A stretch of DNA of 62,883 bases, the filler included, from Chiloscyllium plagiosum (Eukaryota): assembly GCF_004010195.1 (NCBI RefSeq). It is 5 parts of one record of this genome, joined end to end, with 100 filler letters (N's around TTAATTAATTAA, not from the genome) between each part and the next. Parts side by side here need not be neighbours in the genome. Positions count along the whole stretch, not along the records: positions 16,512 to 22,913 come from NC_057715.1; positions 23,014 to 44,705 come from NC_057715.1; 3 more parts are not named here. One strand, written 5' to 3'. A program made the translations under genes and the position numbers. Positions within the stretch are counted from its first letter, which is position 1. Each line of letters begins with the position of its first letter. Below the pieces are notes generated by a model that searched no databases, was not told where the DNA came from, and was given only the letters and a program-made list of their open reading frames with translations. Of the stretch, positions 21,682 to 33,384 are shown one piece after another.

Positions 21682-22913
21682 GGGGGGATCCAAGATGGCG
21701 GCGACCCAGTAAGACTGAGTCTATAGTGCTCTTCCCAAGACTTGGGCACAGTGGGTCACCTACCCCCTACCAAGCTCACCAAATCATTTATAAATCATTT
21801 ATAATAGTTTAGTAACTCAATTAGTTGTGTAACATTACATTTAAGCAACTTTATCCTAAGTTAAAATGACTAAAGGGAAAGGAGCCCGAGGCTCTCAGCA
21901 AGCAGGAACCCCTCCCCCACACTCTCCAGCTGCAGCAGAGGCGCCCACAGCCGCCCCGGGGGACTTACCAACAGTAGCAAGCCTTGCAGAAATGCTTTCC
22001 AAGCTTGACTCGAAGATCGATGCCTTTATCGTCAAATCCAGAAATCGTTGGGAGTCGCTCTCGGCCGCGCTGCAGAAGCACGACCGTGAAATTGAAGAAA
22101 TTCAACGCCGAGTCGGAGGGGCGGAGCTAAAGGCCGCGACCTCGGAGACAACCGCTCAATCGGCCGTGGATCAGGTCCAGACTCTCGAGCAGCGAGTCCG
22201 GACCTTGGAAAATCATATTGACAACCTCGATAATCGAGGTCGTCGAAAAAATATTCGTTTGCTGGGCCTTCCCGAGCAGGAAGAGGAAGGCCAGCTTACA
22301 GCATTCCTGGAGCAGTGGCTGCCACAACTTTTAAATCTGCAAGCTGGACCAGGCCAGGTAAGGGTGGAATGGGCCTACCGGGTAGCAATACGCAGGCCCG
22401 GCTCGAACCAGCGCCCACGCCCGGTCCTGTTCCGGCTGCAGAGCTACAGGGAGAGGCAGATACTCCTAGAAGCCTCTAGAAATCTCGGAAAAGACCCCCA
22501 AGCTATGATCTACAAAGGATCCAAGATCATGCTATTTCAGGACTTTTCCCCGGCTCTGGTTCGAAAGAGGAAAGCATTCGACGAGGCGAAGAAGCGTTTA
22601 AGGGACTTAAACGTACCCCTTACGCTACCCAGCGATGTTACGCTTTAACCATGAAGGATCCATATATAACTTTGGATCACCAGAAAAGGCTAAGGAATTC
22701 TTGGACTCCCTTAGATAAACGGTAGTACATAATGGATGTTGGTCTGCCTTCCCCCCCCCCGCTTTGGTTTATATCCCCTCCCTTTTTTTCTCTTACCTTA
22801 CTGCTTAATATTATCATGGGGGGTGGGGAGAGGGATTTGATTTCCTCCCCCCCCCTTGGGGTTGTTTTCTTTTATTATTTTATGTATATATGTGGGATGT
22901 ATGTATATGTGTG
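21682..22913 (+). mobile_element. L1-clade LINE 5' part: 5' UTR, ORF1, inter-ORF spacer; continues into gap
   Basis: Starts GGGGGGATCCAAGATGGCGGC; ORF1 has coiled coil then LDNRGRRKNIRLLGLPE and PRPVLFRL..IMLFQDFS; CpGs largely retained. Confidence 0.93.
21866..22718 (+). pseudogene. L1 ORF1p with a frameshift near the C-terminus
   Basis: ORF 21866-22648; the expected C-terminus YPLRYPAMLRFNHEGSIYNFGSPEKAKEFLDSLR* lies in another frame from about 22614 to the TAA at 22716-22718. Confidence 0.85.
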
Positions 22914-23013
22914 NNNNNNNNNNNNNNNNNNNNNNNNNNNNNNNNNNNNNNNNNNNNTTAATTAATTAANNNNNNNNNNNNNNNNNNNNNNNNNNNNNNN
23001 NNNNNNNNNNNNN

Positions 23014-23830
23014 TCCAGGTGAATTTGAGGTCTGGGTGGAAGGTGTTAGTGTAGTGGATGAACTGTTCAGCCTCCTCGTGGGAGCACGAGGTAGCGCCGA
23101 TACAGTCATCAATGTAGCGGAGGAAAAGATGTTGGGTGGGGCCAGTGTAGTTGCGGTAGATGGATTGTTCCACATACCCTACGAAGAGGCAGGCATAGCT
23201 GGGGCCCATGGGGGTGCCCATGGCTACTCCTTTTGTTTGGAGAAAGTGGGAGGATTGGAAAGAAAAGTTGTTCAGGGTGAGGACCAGTTCGGTCAGTCGA
23301 AGGAGGGTGTCGGTGGAAGGGTACTGGGTGGTACGGCGGGAAAGGCAGAAGCGGAGTGCTTTGAGTCCTTCGTGATGGGGGATGGAGGTGTACAGGGACT
23401 GGATGTCCATGGTGAAGATGAGGCGTTGGGGACCGGGGAAGCGGGAATCCTGGAGGAGGTGGAGGGCGTGGGTGGTGTCACGAACGTAGGTGGGGGGTTC
23501 TTGGACTAATGGGGACAGGACCGTGTCGAGGTATGCGGAGATGAGTTCGGTTGGGCAGGAGCAGGCTGAGACGATGGGTCGTCCGGGGCAGTCAGGTTTG
23601 TGGGTTTTGGGCAGGAGGTAGAAACGGGCGGTGCGGGGTTGTGGGACTATGAGGTTGGAGGCGGTGGATGGGAGGTCCCCTGAGGTGATGAGGTTATGGA
23701 CGGTCTGGGAGATGATGGTTTGGTGGTGGGGGGTGGGGTCATGGTCAAGGGGGCAGTAGGAGGAGGTATCTGCGAGCTGGCGTTTGGCCTCAGCGGTGTA
23801 GAGGTCGGTGCGCCAAACTACTACTGCGCC
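23014..23830 (-). mobile_element. Penelope-like element RT core, open frame, 5'-truncated
   Basis: RFYLLPKTHKPDCPGRPIVS, FTMDIQSLYTSIPH, QTKGVAMGTPMGPSYACLFVG, FLRYIDDC. Confidence 0.95.
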
Positions 23831-24063
23831 TGTGTGTGGAGTTTGCACATTCTCCCTGTGTCTGCGTGGGTTTCCTCTGGGTGCTCCAGTTTCCTCCCAC
23901 AGTCCAAAGATGTGCAGGTCAGGTGAATTGGCCATACCAAATTGCCTATATTGTTAGGTGGATTAGTCAGAGGGAAATGGCCCTGGATGGGTTAGTCTTT
24001 GGAGGGTCAGTGTGGACTTGTTGGGCCGAGGGGCTTGTTTCTACACTGTAGGGAATCTAATCT
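23829..24063 (+). mobile_element. HE1-type SINE lacking head
   Basis: V-domain and tail present; the head is replaced by the PLE junction. Confidence 0.9.
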
Positions 24064-24064
24064 G

Positions 24065-24965
24065 AGATTAAGATCTTGGGATCCACAGTGACTTGGCCAC
24101 ATGGATTCAGAACTGGCTTGCCTATAGAAGGCAGAGGGTAGTGGTGGAAGGGTGTTTTTAAGTAGGGTGGTAAAGAAGGTAGGCAAAAGTGAGGACTGCA
24201 GATGCTGGAAACTAGAGTTTAGATTAGATTAGGAAGGGTTTTTGCCTGAAACGTTGATTTTTTTTTTTTCCCTGTTCCTCCGATGCTGCCTGACCTGCTG
24301 TGCTTTTCCAGCACCACTCTGATCTAAACTCTGTTAAAGAGGGTTATGGAATGCTTGCATTTAATGGTCTGGGCACTGAGTGCAAGAGTCAACATGTCAC
24401 GTTGTGGCTTTATAAGACTTTGGTTAGGCCACACTTAGAGTATTGCATTCAATTCTGGTCGCTACATTACAAGAAGGATGTGGAGGCTTTAGAGAGGGTG
24501 CAAAAGAAGTTTACTGCTGCCTGGATTAGAGGGTATGAGCTATTAGAGGCTAGAAAAGTTCGGGTTGTTTTCTCTGCCTCAGTGGAGCCTGAGGGGAGAC
24601 TTGATCTAAGTCTATAAAATTGAGATGCACAAATAGGGTTGACAGTCAGAATTTTTTTTTCCCCAGAGTTGAAATGTCTAATACTATGGGGGCATGCATT
24701 TATGTGAGAGGGGAAAGGCTCAAAGGAGATGTGAAGGACAAGTTTTCCACACTGTGGTAGGTGTTTGGAGTGTGCTGCTGGGGTGGTGGTGGAGGCAGTT
24801 ATAATAGAGGTGTTTAAGAAGCTTATAGATAAGCGCATGGCTATGCAAGGATTGGAGGGATATGGACCAAGAGCAGGCAGAAGGGGTTAGTTTAAGTTAG
24901 CATCATGTTCAGCACAACACCATGGACCGAAGGGCCCATTCCTATGCTGTACTGTTCTGTGTTCA
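24065..24965 (+). mobile_element. CR1 3' half with deletions, interrupted at about 24181-24331 by a PLE-terminus fold-back element
   Basis: LYKTLVRPHLEYCIQFWS..DVEALERVQKKFT; insert has aggcaaaagtgaggactgcagatgctgg and gggtttttgcctgaaacgtt. Confidence 0.88.
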
Positions 24966-25270
24966 ACCTCCAAAGCATCTATTCTTGGCCTGCTCCTATG
25001 TCTCATCTGTACATTGCCCCTTGGGGATATCATCTGAAAGAATAGTGCTACTTTTCTACCTCCGCTGTGCCAGTGCTAAATGATCAGATTTATAATCTGA
25101 CCCAGTACTGCATTAGTTTATATTTATTTCCATATAAACATTAGACAGACTGAAGCCATTGCTTTCAGTCCCCATTCCAAACTCCATTCCCAAAGTGGCG
25201 ATTCCATTTCCCTTTCTCATATCAGTCTGAGAATAAGCCAATTTGTTTTAAACAATCACCTTAAATCTGA
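24965..25270 (+). mobile_element. L2-like LINE RT fragment, old
   Basis: PQSILGLLLCLICTLPLGDII-like and TEAIAFSP-like motifs. Confidence 0.55.
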
Positions 25271-25700
25271 GTCCTGATTCTCAATCCTTTCACCAATTGG
25301 AACAGATTTCCCTGTCTAGTCAAGGTATTGAATACCTCCAACGAATCTCCTCTCCGCCTTCTCTCAAAGAAAACAGTTCTACCTTCTCCACTCTATCCTC
25401 ATAAATGAAGTTCCTCACCTCTGGAACCATTCTCATGAATCTCTGATATACTTTCTCTGATTCCTTCTCACTCTTCCAAATTCAGCAATACCCCAGTTGA
25501 AACCAAACTAGTGTCATTCAGATTGAGTTTAACTTCCCTGCCCTGGTACTCTGTGGTTGCATTAATAAAGCCTCTATAAACCACTTTCTCCTGCTGCGCT
25601 GCCACATTATGTGACTTGTGCACATAGCATCCAGGATCCTCTGCTCCTTCCTTCTCTTTAGAATAGAGTATTTTGTTTTATACTGCCTCTTCATTGTTAT
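25270..25700 (-). mobile_element. Old CR1 3' fragment
   Basis: Reverse complement resembles RFMRMVPEVRNFIYEDRVEKVELF. Confidence 0.7.
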
Positions 25701-26001
25701 AACCAAAGGTGATGTTATTGCCAGACAAGTCAGATCTCAGATTGAAACCTGGCTTACTAGTTTTGGTTTCAACAAAGTGATCATTCACTGTAACACAGGC
25801 ACATAATGTTGCAGATTTTACTTTAACAATAAACAGATGTTTATTAACAAAGATAAAATGGAATAAACCAAGCTATTTACCCATAATACAAATTCAAAGA
25901 TTTTTAAGCACAGTTAAAGTGTGATCCCATTACCTGTAATCACAAAACACTGCTGAGTTTCTCCTACACTTTTTTTAATTTCAAGTTCCCAGCATCGGCA
26001 G

Positions 26002-26317
26002 GGTGGGCAGCACGGTGGCACAGTGGTTAGCACTGCTGCCTCACAGTGCCAGAGACCCGGGTTCAATTCCCACCTTGGGCAACTGTCTGTGTGGAGTTTG
26101 CACATTCTCCCTGTGTCTGCGTGGGTTTCCTCCAGGTGTTCTGGTTTCCTCCCACAATCCAAAGATGTACAGGTTAGGTGAATTGGCCATGCTAAATTGC
26201 CTGTAGTGTTAGGTGAAGGGGTAAATGTAGGGGAATGGGTCTGGGTGGGTTGCTCTTTGGAGGGTGGGTGTGGACTTGTTGGACTGAAGGGCCTGTTTCC
26301 ACACTAAGTAATCTAAT
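26002..26317 (+). mobile_element. HE1-type SINE, full length
   Basis: gggcagcacggtggcacagtggttagcactgctgcctcac head, B box ggttcaattcc, V-domain, tail. Confidence 0.95.
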
Positions 26318-26807
26318 GTACTTTTATATTAGCTTTTGTATAGTAGCTAAACACACCTGGTACAGTACTCAAATAGCCACATTGAGTAGTGTTTTTGTGT
26401 ACTATACAATGTATTCACACCAAAGTCCCTACCTCTAACACCTTGTCTGGTTTAAATTATGTATGACCTTAGCTAATAGGAACAGGAATTGACAGATATT
26501 TCTGTAGCCATTCTATGCCTGAGTTTGAATGTACTCAGCTTTAAGATACCTCTTCAGGGTTTTATCCCAAAGCTTCTGGTCTGGAATTAATACAACAAGA
26601 TGATCAAGTTTCACTGTGTCCTACTCTTCTTAGGAGCACTGGTTTATACAAGCTCTTCACGAAAAGAATTTACAGGATTGCTGAGAATTCAAAGTAAAAC
26701 TAAATAAAAGCCTCTCGTTCTAAGCTATGGATGTTTCACTTAAGCTGTAAAAAAAAACTTCTCTTGACGTTCTAACTGGATCATGTTTATCTTGTACAGC
26801 CCTAAAA

Positions 26808-26896
26808 GCCCTGATGAAGGAGCAGCACTCAGAAAGCTAGTGCTTCCAATTAAACCTGTTGGACTATAACTTCGTGTTGTGTGATTTTTAACTTTG
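26808..26896 (+). mobile_element. Short PLE-terminus element, family C, with hammerhead motif
   Basis: CTGATGAAGGAGCAGCACTCAGAAAGCTA at 26811-26839, then taaacctgttggactataac..gtgatttttaact as at 47560-47996. Confidence 0.8.
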
Positions 26897-26939
26897 CACA
26901 AAAACCCATAAATTCTAAAACTAGACCCCAGTATCCTCC

Positions 26940-28850
26940 TCACAGTGCATAATTCTACCAAATTTTATATCATCTGCAAATTTTGAAATTCGACCTTGTA
27001 CCCCAAGGTTCAAGTCATTGCTTCCCAAACTTGACCCTGTCTCAAGTCTTCAGGAAGGGAATTCCAAAGATTCATGACCCTCAGAGAAAACAATTACACA
27101 TCTTTGTTTTAATTGGGTGACCTCTGATTTCAAAAAATGTCCCCTAGTTTTAGATCCTCCTACAAGAGTAAACATCCTTCCACTTCATGCACAAAGATAG
27201 TCAGATTGCTCTACATCTCCGTGCTCTGTAATCTGTCATGATTTTGATAATATGGTTTTGTTTTCTTTCTGACAAATCGTACAGCTTCATATTTTCCCAC
27301 TTACATTTACAACGTCTTTTCCCACTCACTTAACCTTTGTATATCTCTTTGTAGCATCCATGCATCCTCTTCACAAATTACTTTCCCACCTATTTTTGTG
27401 ATCAGCAAATTTGACAAGGATACCTTCTGACTCTTCAGCTAACTCATTCGTATAAATTGTGAACAGTTGAGCTCTAACACTGACCCCCGTGGCACACCAC
27501 TTGCTACACCTTGCCAGCGTAAAATACTTATACTTCCTGTTAGCCTGTCAATCTTCAAAGCATGCTACCTGCTACTCCATTAGCTTTTATTTTCCACAAT
27601 AACCGTTGGTGCTACACTTACCTTCTGGAAATCTAAGTTGAGTACGTCTGCTGGTTTATCCACAGCAAATATAACCTCCTCGAAGAATTCCAGTAGGTTG
27701 GTCAAACATGACTTCCCTTGGTCAAGACCATATTGACAGTATCTGATTACCTTGAACTTGTATTAATTGCCCTCTTAAGACATCTTTAATAATAGCTTCT
27801 AACATTTTCCTGATTATAGACATTAACCTAACTGGCCTGTATTTTCCTGCTTTTTGCCTGCCCCCACTTGTTGAATTACATTAGCTGTTTGTGAATTACA
27901 TTAGTTTTGGGAAACTAAAAGCAATAAGAAAATAGAAACGTAAGAAACAGGAGAAGGAGTAGGCTATCTGGCCCCTTGAACTCGCTTCACCATTCAATAA
28001 GTGGACTCCGCATCACTTACCTACCTGCTCACTATAACCCTTAATTCCTTTGCTGTTCAAAAATCTTTGCCTTAAAGCCATTCAACGGATGTCCTCAACT
28101 GCTTCACTGAACAGGGAATTCCACAGATTCACAACTCTTTGACTGAAGAAATTCCTCCTCAACTCAGTCCGAAATCTGCTCTCCCTTATTTTGAGGCCGT
28201 GTCCCCAAGTTCTAGTTTCACCCATCGGTGGAAACAACCTCCCTGCTTATATCATTTCTATTTCTTTCAAAACTTTATATGTTTCGATAAGATTCCCCCT
28301 TGCTCTTCTAAATTCCAATGAATACAATCCCAATCTACTCAAACTCTCCTCATAAGCCAACTCCGGAACGCGTGAACCTCCCCTGCACCGCCTGCAGCAT
28401 CAGTACATCCTTTCGTGAGTAAGGAGACCGAGAGTGTACACAGTACTCTGGATGTGGCCTCACCAGCACTCTATACAGCTACAGCACAACTTGCCTATTT
28501 TCAAACTTCATTCCACTAGTAATGAAGGACAATATTCCATTTGCCTTCTTAATTCCCCACTGCACCTGCAAACCAACCTTTTGTGAATGCATCAACTCTC
28601 TCTCTAACTACTAGGATGACCCTAGGATGAAGTCAGTCAAGACTTCTCAGTCACTGCTCCAACAATTGGCTCAGTATAATTTCTCTGGTCATAGTTTTCC
28701 GAGTTTCTCCTTTCCTCCCATTTCCTTATTTATTATTGCCCTTGGGATGTAACTCATTCTCTCTAGTGAAGACAGATGCAATACCTGTTCAATTCATCTG
28801 CCATCAACTTATTTTCCATTATTTGTTCTCCAGATGTACTTTCTATGCCA
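26940..28850 (-). mobile_element. Nested old CR1 fragments (a younger 3' end at about 27935-28590)
   Basis: Reverse-complement RT motifs (GVPRGS, KFAD-like, LVRPHPEYCVH-like) and 3' tail aagaaacaggagaaggagtaggc. Confidence 0.8.
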
Positions 28851-29249
28851 GATTTAATTAACTAAATTCAAAATGTGAACCCAGCTTTTATTACAATGAA
28901 AGCTGTGAGCTTCTAGACCATTAATCCAGTGAAGTTCTACTCCCTCCACCCCCATTTATGGATGTACAGATTCGAAAGTCCAGCTGTAATTGAATGGTGT
29001 GATTACGTTTTCTTGGGTAAAGGAGATGGGCACCATTGCTGAGAAGAGAATGGGATGAGGTAACTGGTGTTGCTGCTCATACTGAACCAGCTTCAAGCAT
29101 TTTGAAAAGCCCATCAAAGGAAGCCAAGAAAGGCACATGGAGACACTGTAGGCTCGTCACAGTCTCACTAGCTTTCTCCATTACCTCATCACAAGAACTG
29201 TCAGCTCAGAGTGCAGAAGAGAACCTTCAGTCTGCACAGACAGAACTAC

Positions 29250-29770
29250 TTTAAATCCACATTAGTCCCATCTTCCAGCTGTAGGCCGTTAACCTTGAAT
29301 TTTATGACATTTCAAATGCTCATCCAAGTATCTTTTTTAGTACTTTTAAAAGTTGAGGTTAACTGCCTCAACTACCCTCCCAGACAGTACATTCCAGATC
29401 CCACTGCACGCTGAGGAAAAATATTACTCTTATCCCTCTAAACCTCCTTCTTTTCACTTTAAAATTTTGCTCCCTTACCACTGACCCTTCAACTAAGGGA
29501 ATAGCTGCTATCTATTCATCTTGTCCATGCCTGTCAGAATCTTATACACCTCTACCAGGTCCCCTCAGCCTCCTCTGCTCCAAAGGAAACAACCTGAGCC
29601 TATCCAGCGCCTCTTCATCATGAACCTGCTCCATCCCAGGCAATATCCTGGTGAATCTCCTCTACAGTCCTTCCAGTGCAATCACATCCTTCCTATAGTG
29701 TGGTGACCAGTTAAATATGATTTGCCATTAACAAATCAATGTTGGCTTTCCTTGATTAATCAATGTGTCC
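29250..29770 (-). mobile_element. CR1 3' fragment
   Basis: Reverse complement: RFTRILPGMEQV..RRLRGDLVEVYKIL. Confidence 0.8.
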
Positions 29771-29779
29771 AAATGATCA

Positions 29780-30180
29780 GTGTTACAAGGATGTGAATTA
29801 ATTAGTGTTAGATTAAAACGCATGGAATATTTCAGGTAGTTATAATACAGGGTGTAACAGTAAAATGTGTGGGTTATAACAGAATGATGGGCTATATCAA
29901 ATGTACAGTAAGAATATGGGGAATATATTAAAATGTTCCAGTGAGGAGTGTGGGGAATATTAGATTATTACAATGAAAGCTGTGAGTTCTATCAGTGCTA
30001 CAGTGAAACAATGGATTATTGTAGGATTGTTATTATAGTCAGGTTTGTGGTATATCAGTGTTACAGTCAGGAGCATAGTATATAGTAGAGAATGCAGCAC
30101 TGGGTTGGGATGTAATATAGGAAATATAGTGAGCAGTATAGGTATCTCAGAGGGTCACAGAGATATGGTGTATACCAAAG
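29780..30180. repeat. Degenerate minisatellite (unit about 30 nt)
   Basis: Recurrent tgttacagtg..gtg.ggg.tatatca units. Confidence 0.65.
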
Positions 30181-30437
30181 ATTTATAAACTATGCCTAAA
30201 TCAAGAGGACATTTGCAATCTGCCAACCAGCTAGATGGGTACTGCCACCTTGTTGAAGAGAAAGGTAAGGAGGGAACTGGTAAAGCCTTTCTGTACTGAT
30301 CCAGCTCCTTGCTCAGCTATAGCTGGGACATAGTTGACCATCAGACTTCTGAAGCATTTGTTGAAGATTCATGATATCACAAGATGAAACACAAGCTCTG
30401 ATTAGTTTTAAACAAAATCTGCAGATTACAGAATTCC

Positions 30438-30620
30438 AAAACAAAAACAGAAATTGTTGGAAAAACTCGGCAGATCTGGTAGCATCTGAGGAGAGAAAGC
30501 AGAGTTAATGTTTCGGGTTCAGTGACCATTCTTCAGTTCTGTTAACTTTGCTTTCTTTCCACAGATGCTGCCACGCTTGCTGAGTTTCTCCAGGAATTTC
30601 TGTTTTTGTATCTGATTTAT
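30438..30620. mobile_element. Fold-back PLE-terminus element, family E, with degenerate hammerhead on minus strand
   Basis: Arms caaaaacagaaatt..gagttaa and gttaact..aatttctgtttttg; minus strand CTGAAGAATGGTCACTGAACCCGAAACATT. Confidence 0.8.
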
Positions 30621-31185
30621 TTTCCTTCATGATAATTTTATAGTTCGGTGTAACTGATGGAACAAGGGCAAATAAAATGCATATAAAATACTGGAAGCAG
30701 TCATCTAGACAAGCAACTGCTGAGAAGAATTGAAAAATGCTGACATTTATGTTATGACAATAACTGCCTTTCTGAAGCATGGCCTTGTCGATCTGAACAA
30801 GTCGTCTCTACCCTGGATGATCAGGATAGCTGCCCTCCCCTTTTACATTCTGCCTATACAAGTTCCCTCCAAAATACACACTATCCTGCCTTGGAAATAC
30901 ACAATTATTCCTTCAGTGACACAGGGTCAAAGTCCTTGAACTCTCTTCTATACAACACTGAAGGTGTCCCCACACTTCTTGGCAGTTCAAAGTAGTTCAC
31001 CACCATATTCTCCCAAACATAAACACTGGCCTAGCCAATGATCCCAATGTCTTGTCAATGAATTAAAAAACATTAATATATCAATGCCCTCATCTCTTTC
31101 TGTCTCAAACCTGTTAATTATTTTGAAGCTGCAAAACCTGCTTTCTGAGAGCTGGCTCCACTTGCGGAGGGAGGAACTTTGCAGC

Positions 31186-32590
31186 ATCCTTGAACACTGG
31201 GAAGATCCCAGAGGACTGGAGAATAGTTAATGTTGTCCCCTTGTTTAAGAAGGGTAGCAGAGATAATCCAGGTAATTATAGACCAGTGAGCCTCCCATCA
31301 GTGGTAAGGACACTGCTGGAGAAGATACTGAGGGATAGGATCTATTTCCATTTGGAAGAAAATAGGCTTATCAGTGATAGGCAGCATGGTTTTGTGCAGG
31401 GAAGGACATGTCTTACCAACTTAGTAGAACTCTTTGAGGAAGTGACAGAGTTGATTGAGGGAAGGGCACGTTGATGTCATATTCATGGACTTCAGTAAGG
31501 TTTCCCATGGTAGGCTGATGGAGAAAGTGAAGTCACATGAGGTCTAGTGTGTACTAGCTGGATAGATAAAGAACTAGCTGGGCAGCAGGAGACAGACAGT
31601 TATAGTGGAAGGGAGTTTCCCAAAATGGATAACTGTGACCAGTGGTGTTCCACAGGGATCCGTGCTGGGACCACAGTTGTTTGTGATATACATAAATGAT
31701 GTGGAGGAAGGTATAGGTGGTCTGATTAGCAAGTTTTCAGATGACACTTGGTGGAGTTGCAGACAGTGAAGAGGACTTTCCAAGAATGCAGCAGAATATA
31801 GATTGGAGAGTTGGGCAGAGAAATGGCAGATGGAGTTCAATCTGGACAAATGTGAGGTGATGCATTTTGGAAGATGCAATTCAAGAGCGAACTATACAGT
31901 AAATGGAAAAGTCCTGGGGAGAATTTATATACAGAGAGATCGGGGTGTTCAGGTCCATTGTTCCCTGAAGGTGGCAGCACCGGTCGATAGACTGGTCAAG
32001 GTTGCACACGGCATGCTTTCCTTCATCAGACTGGGTATTGAGTACAAGAGTTAGCAGGTCATGTTACAATTGTATAGGACTTTGGTTTGGCCACATTTGG
32101 AATATTGCGTACAGTTCTGATCGCCACATTAACAAAAGGATGTGGATGCTTTGGAGAGGGTGCAGAGGAGGTTCACCAGGATGTTACCTGGTATGAAGGG
32201 TGCTCGCTATAAAGAGAGGTTGAATAGATTAGGATTATTTTCATTAGAAAGACAGGTTGGATAGGAAGAAACTTTTTCCCAGAGTGGGGGACTCAATTAC
32301 TAGGGCTCACAAGTTCAAAGTGAAAGGGGAAAGGTTTAGGGGAGATGTGCATGGAAAGTTCTTTATGCAGAGGGTGGTATGTGCCTGGAATGTGTTGCCA
32401 GCAGAGGTGGGGACAGGGAACGATAGCATCATTTAAGATGTACTTAGAATATACATACATGAATGGGCAGGGAGTAAAGTGATACAGGTCCTTAGAAAAT
32501 AGGCGACAGGTTTAGATAGAGGATATGGATTGGCATCGGCTTGCAGGGCCAAAGGGCCTATTTCTGTGCTGTAATTTTCTTCGTTCTTTC
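31186..32590 (+). mobile_element. CR1 RT to 3' end, 5'-truncated
   Basis: PEDWRIVNVVPLFKKG..NYRPVSL..QHGFVQGRTCLTNL; GVPQGSVLGP; WAEKWQMEFNLDKCEVMHFG. Confidence 0.95.
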
Positions 32591-32736
32591 TTTGTTGAAG
32601 TTAATTCCATATTTGCAAATTTCATTGGAACAAATTAAACTTCCAGTCAAGAGCACCTCTATGTTTACTACTACATTTAACTTCGATGCTTTGCTGGGAA
32701 AAGTGGATTCTTTGTGGATGATGAGTGGGGTATTTT

Positions 32737-33040
32737 AAGATTAGACTACTTAGTGTGGAAACAGGCCCTTAGGCCCAACAAGTCCACACCGACCCTCCGA
32801 AAACAAACCCACCCAGACCCACTCCCCTATACCTAACACTACGGGCAATTTAGCATGGTCAATTCACCTAACCTGCACATCCTTAGACTGTGGGAGGTAA
32901 CCAGAGCACCCAGAAGAAACCCACGCAGACACGGGGAGAATGTGCAAACTCCACACAGACAGTTGCCCGATGCGGGAATTGAACCCGGGTCTCTGGCGTT
33001 GTGAGGCAGCAGTGCTAACCACTGTGCCACCGTGCTGCCC
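32737..33040 (-). mobile_element. HE1-type SINE, full length
   Basis: Reverse complement of head, V-domain and tail. Confidence 0.95.
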
Positions 33041-33384
33041 AAGTGGGTAGTGAGTTTTGCCCATGTCCTAATTTTTATCCAAGTTTTGATCATCCATTAT
33101 TTCTATGCATATGGGTTGAAATTAGTTTGCATTTTGCGAGTTTTTAAATCCCTTTATTGTTTCATCCACTCTCCTCCATTCCCACAACTCTCTATATTCA
33201 GGTCACTTGCTTCCCCTCAGTTTTAATCATTCCACCAAATCCAATAATTCTTTCAGCTGCCAAGGCCCTAAACTCCAGAAATATTTCCCTGAATCTCGCC
33301 AGCTGCCCCTCCTCCTGTTTTCTGCCTCCAATATCAACTGGATGACTATCATCCTTTGAGAAAACCTGTCATACATTTTTTTTT

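Noticed and set aside
22958..23935. 325-aa ORF as a complete gene
   Set aside because: The N-terminus is antisense HE1 SINE, the rest is a truncated PLE RT ending in a gap.
26002..26085. tRNA genes at SINE heads (also 47367, 54535)
   Set aside because: A and B boxes are present but continue into SINE bodies; no full cloverleaf.
25705..26720. Possible solo LTR around the HE1 SINE
   Set aside because: A TG start and AT-rich body are suggestive, but I found no convincing CA end, target duplication or second copy.
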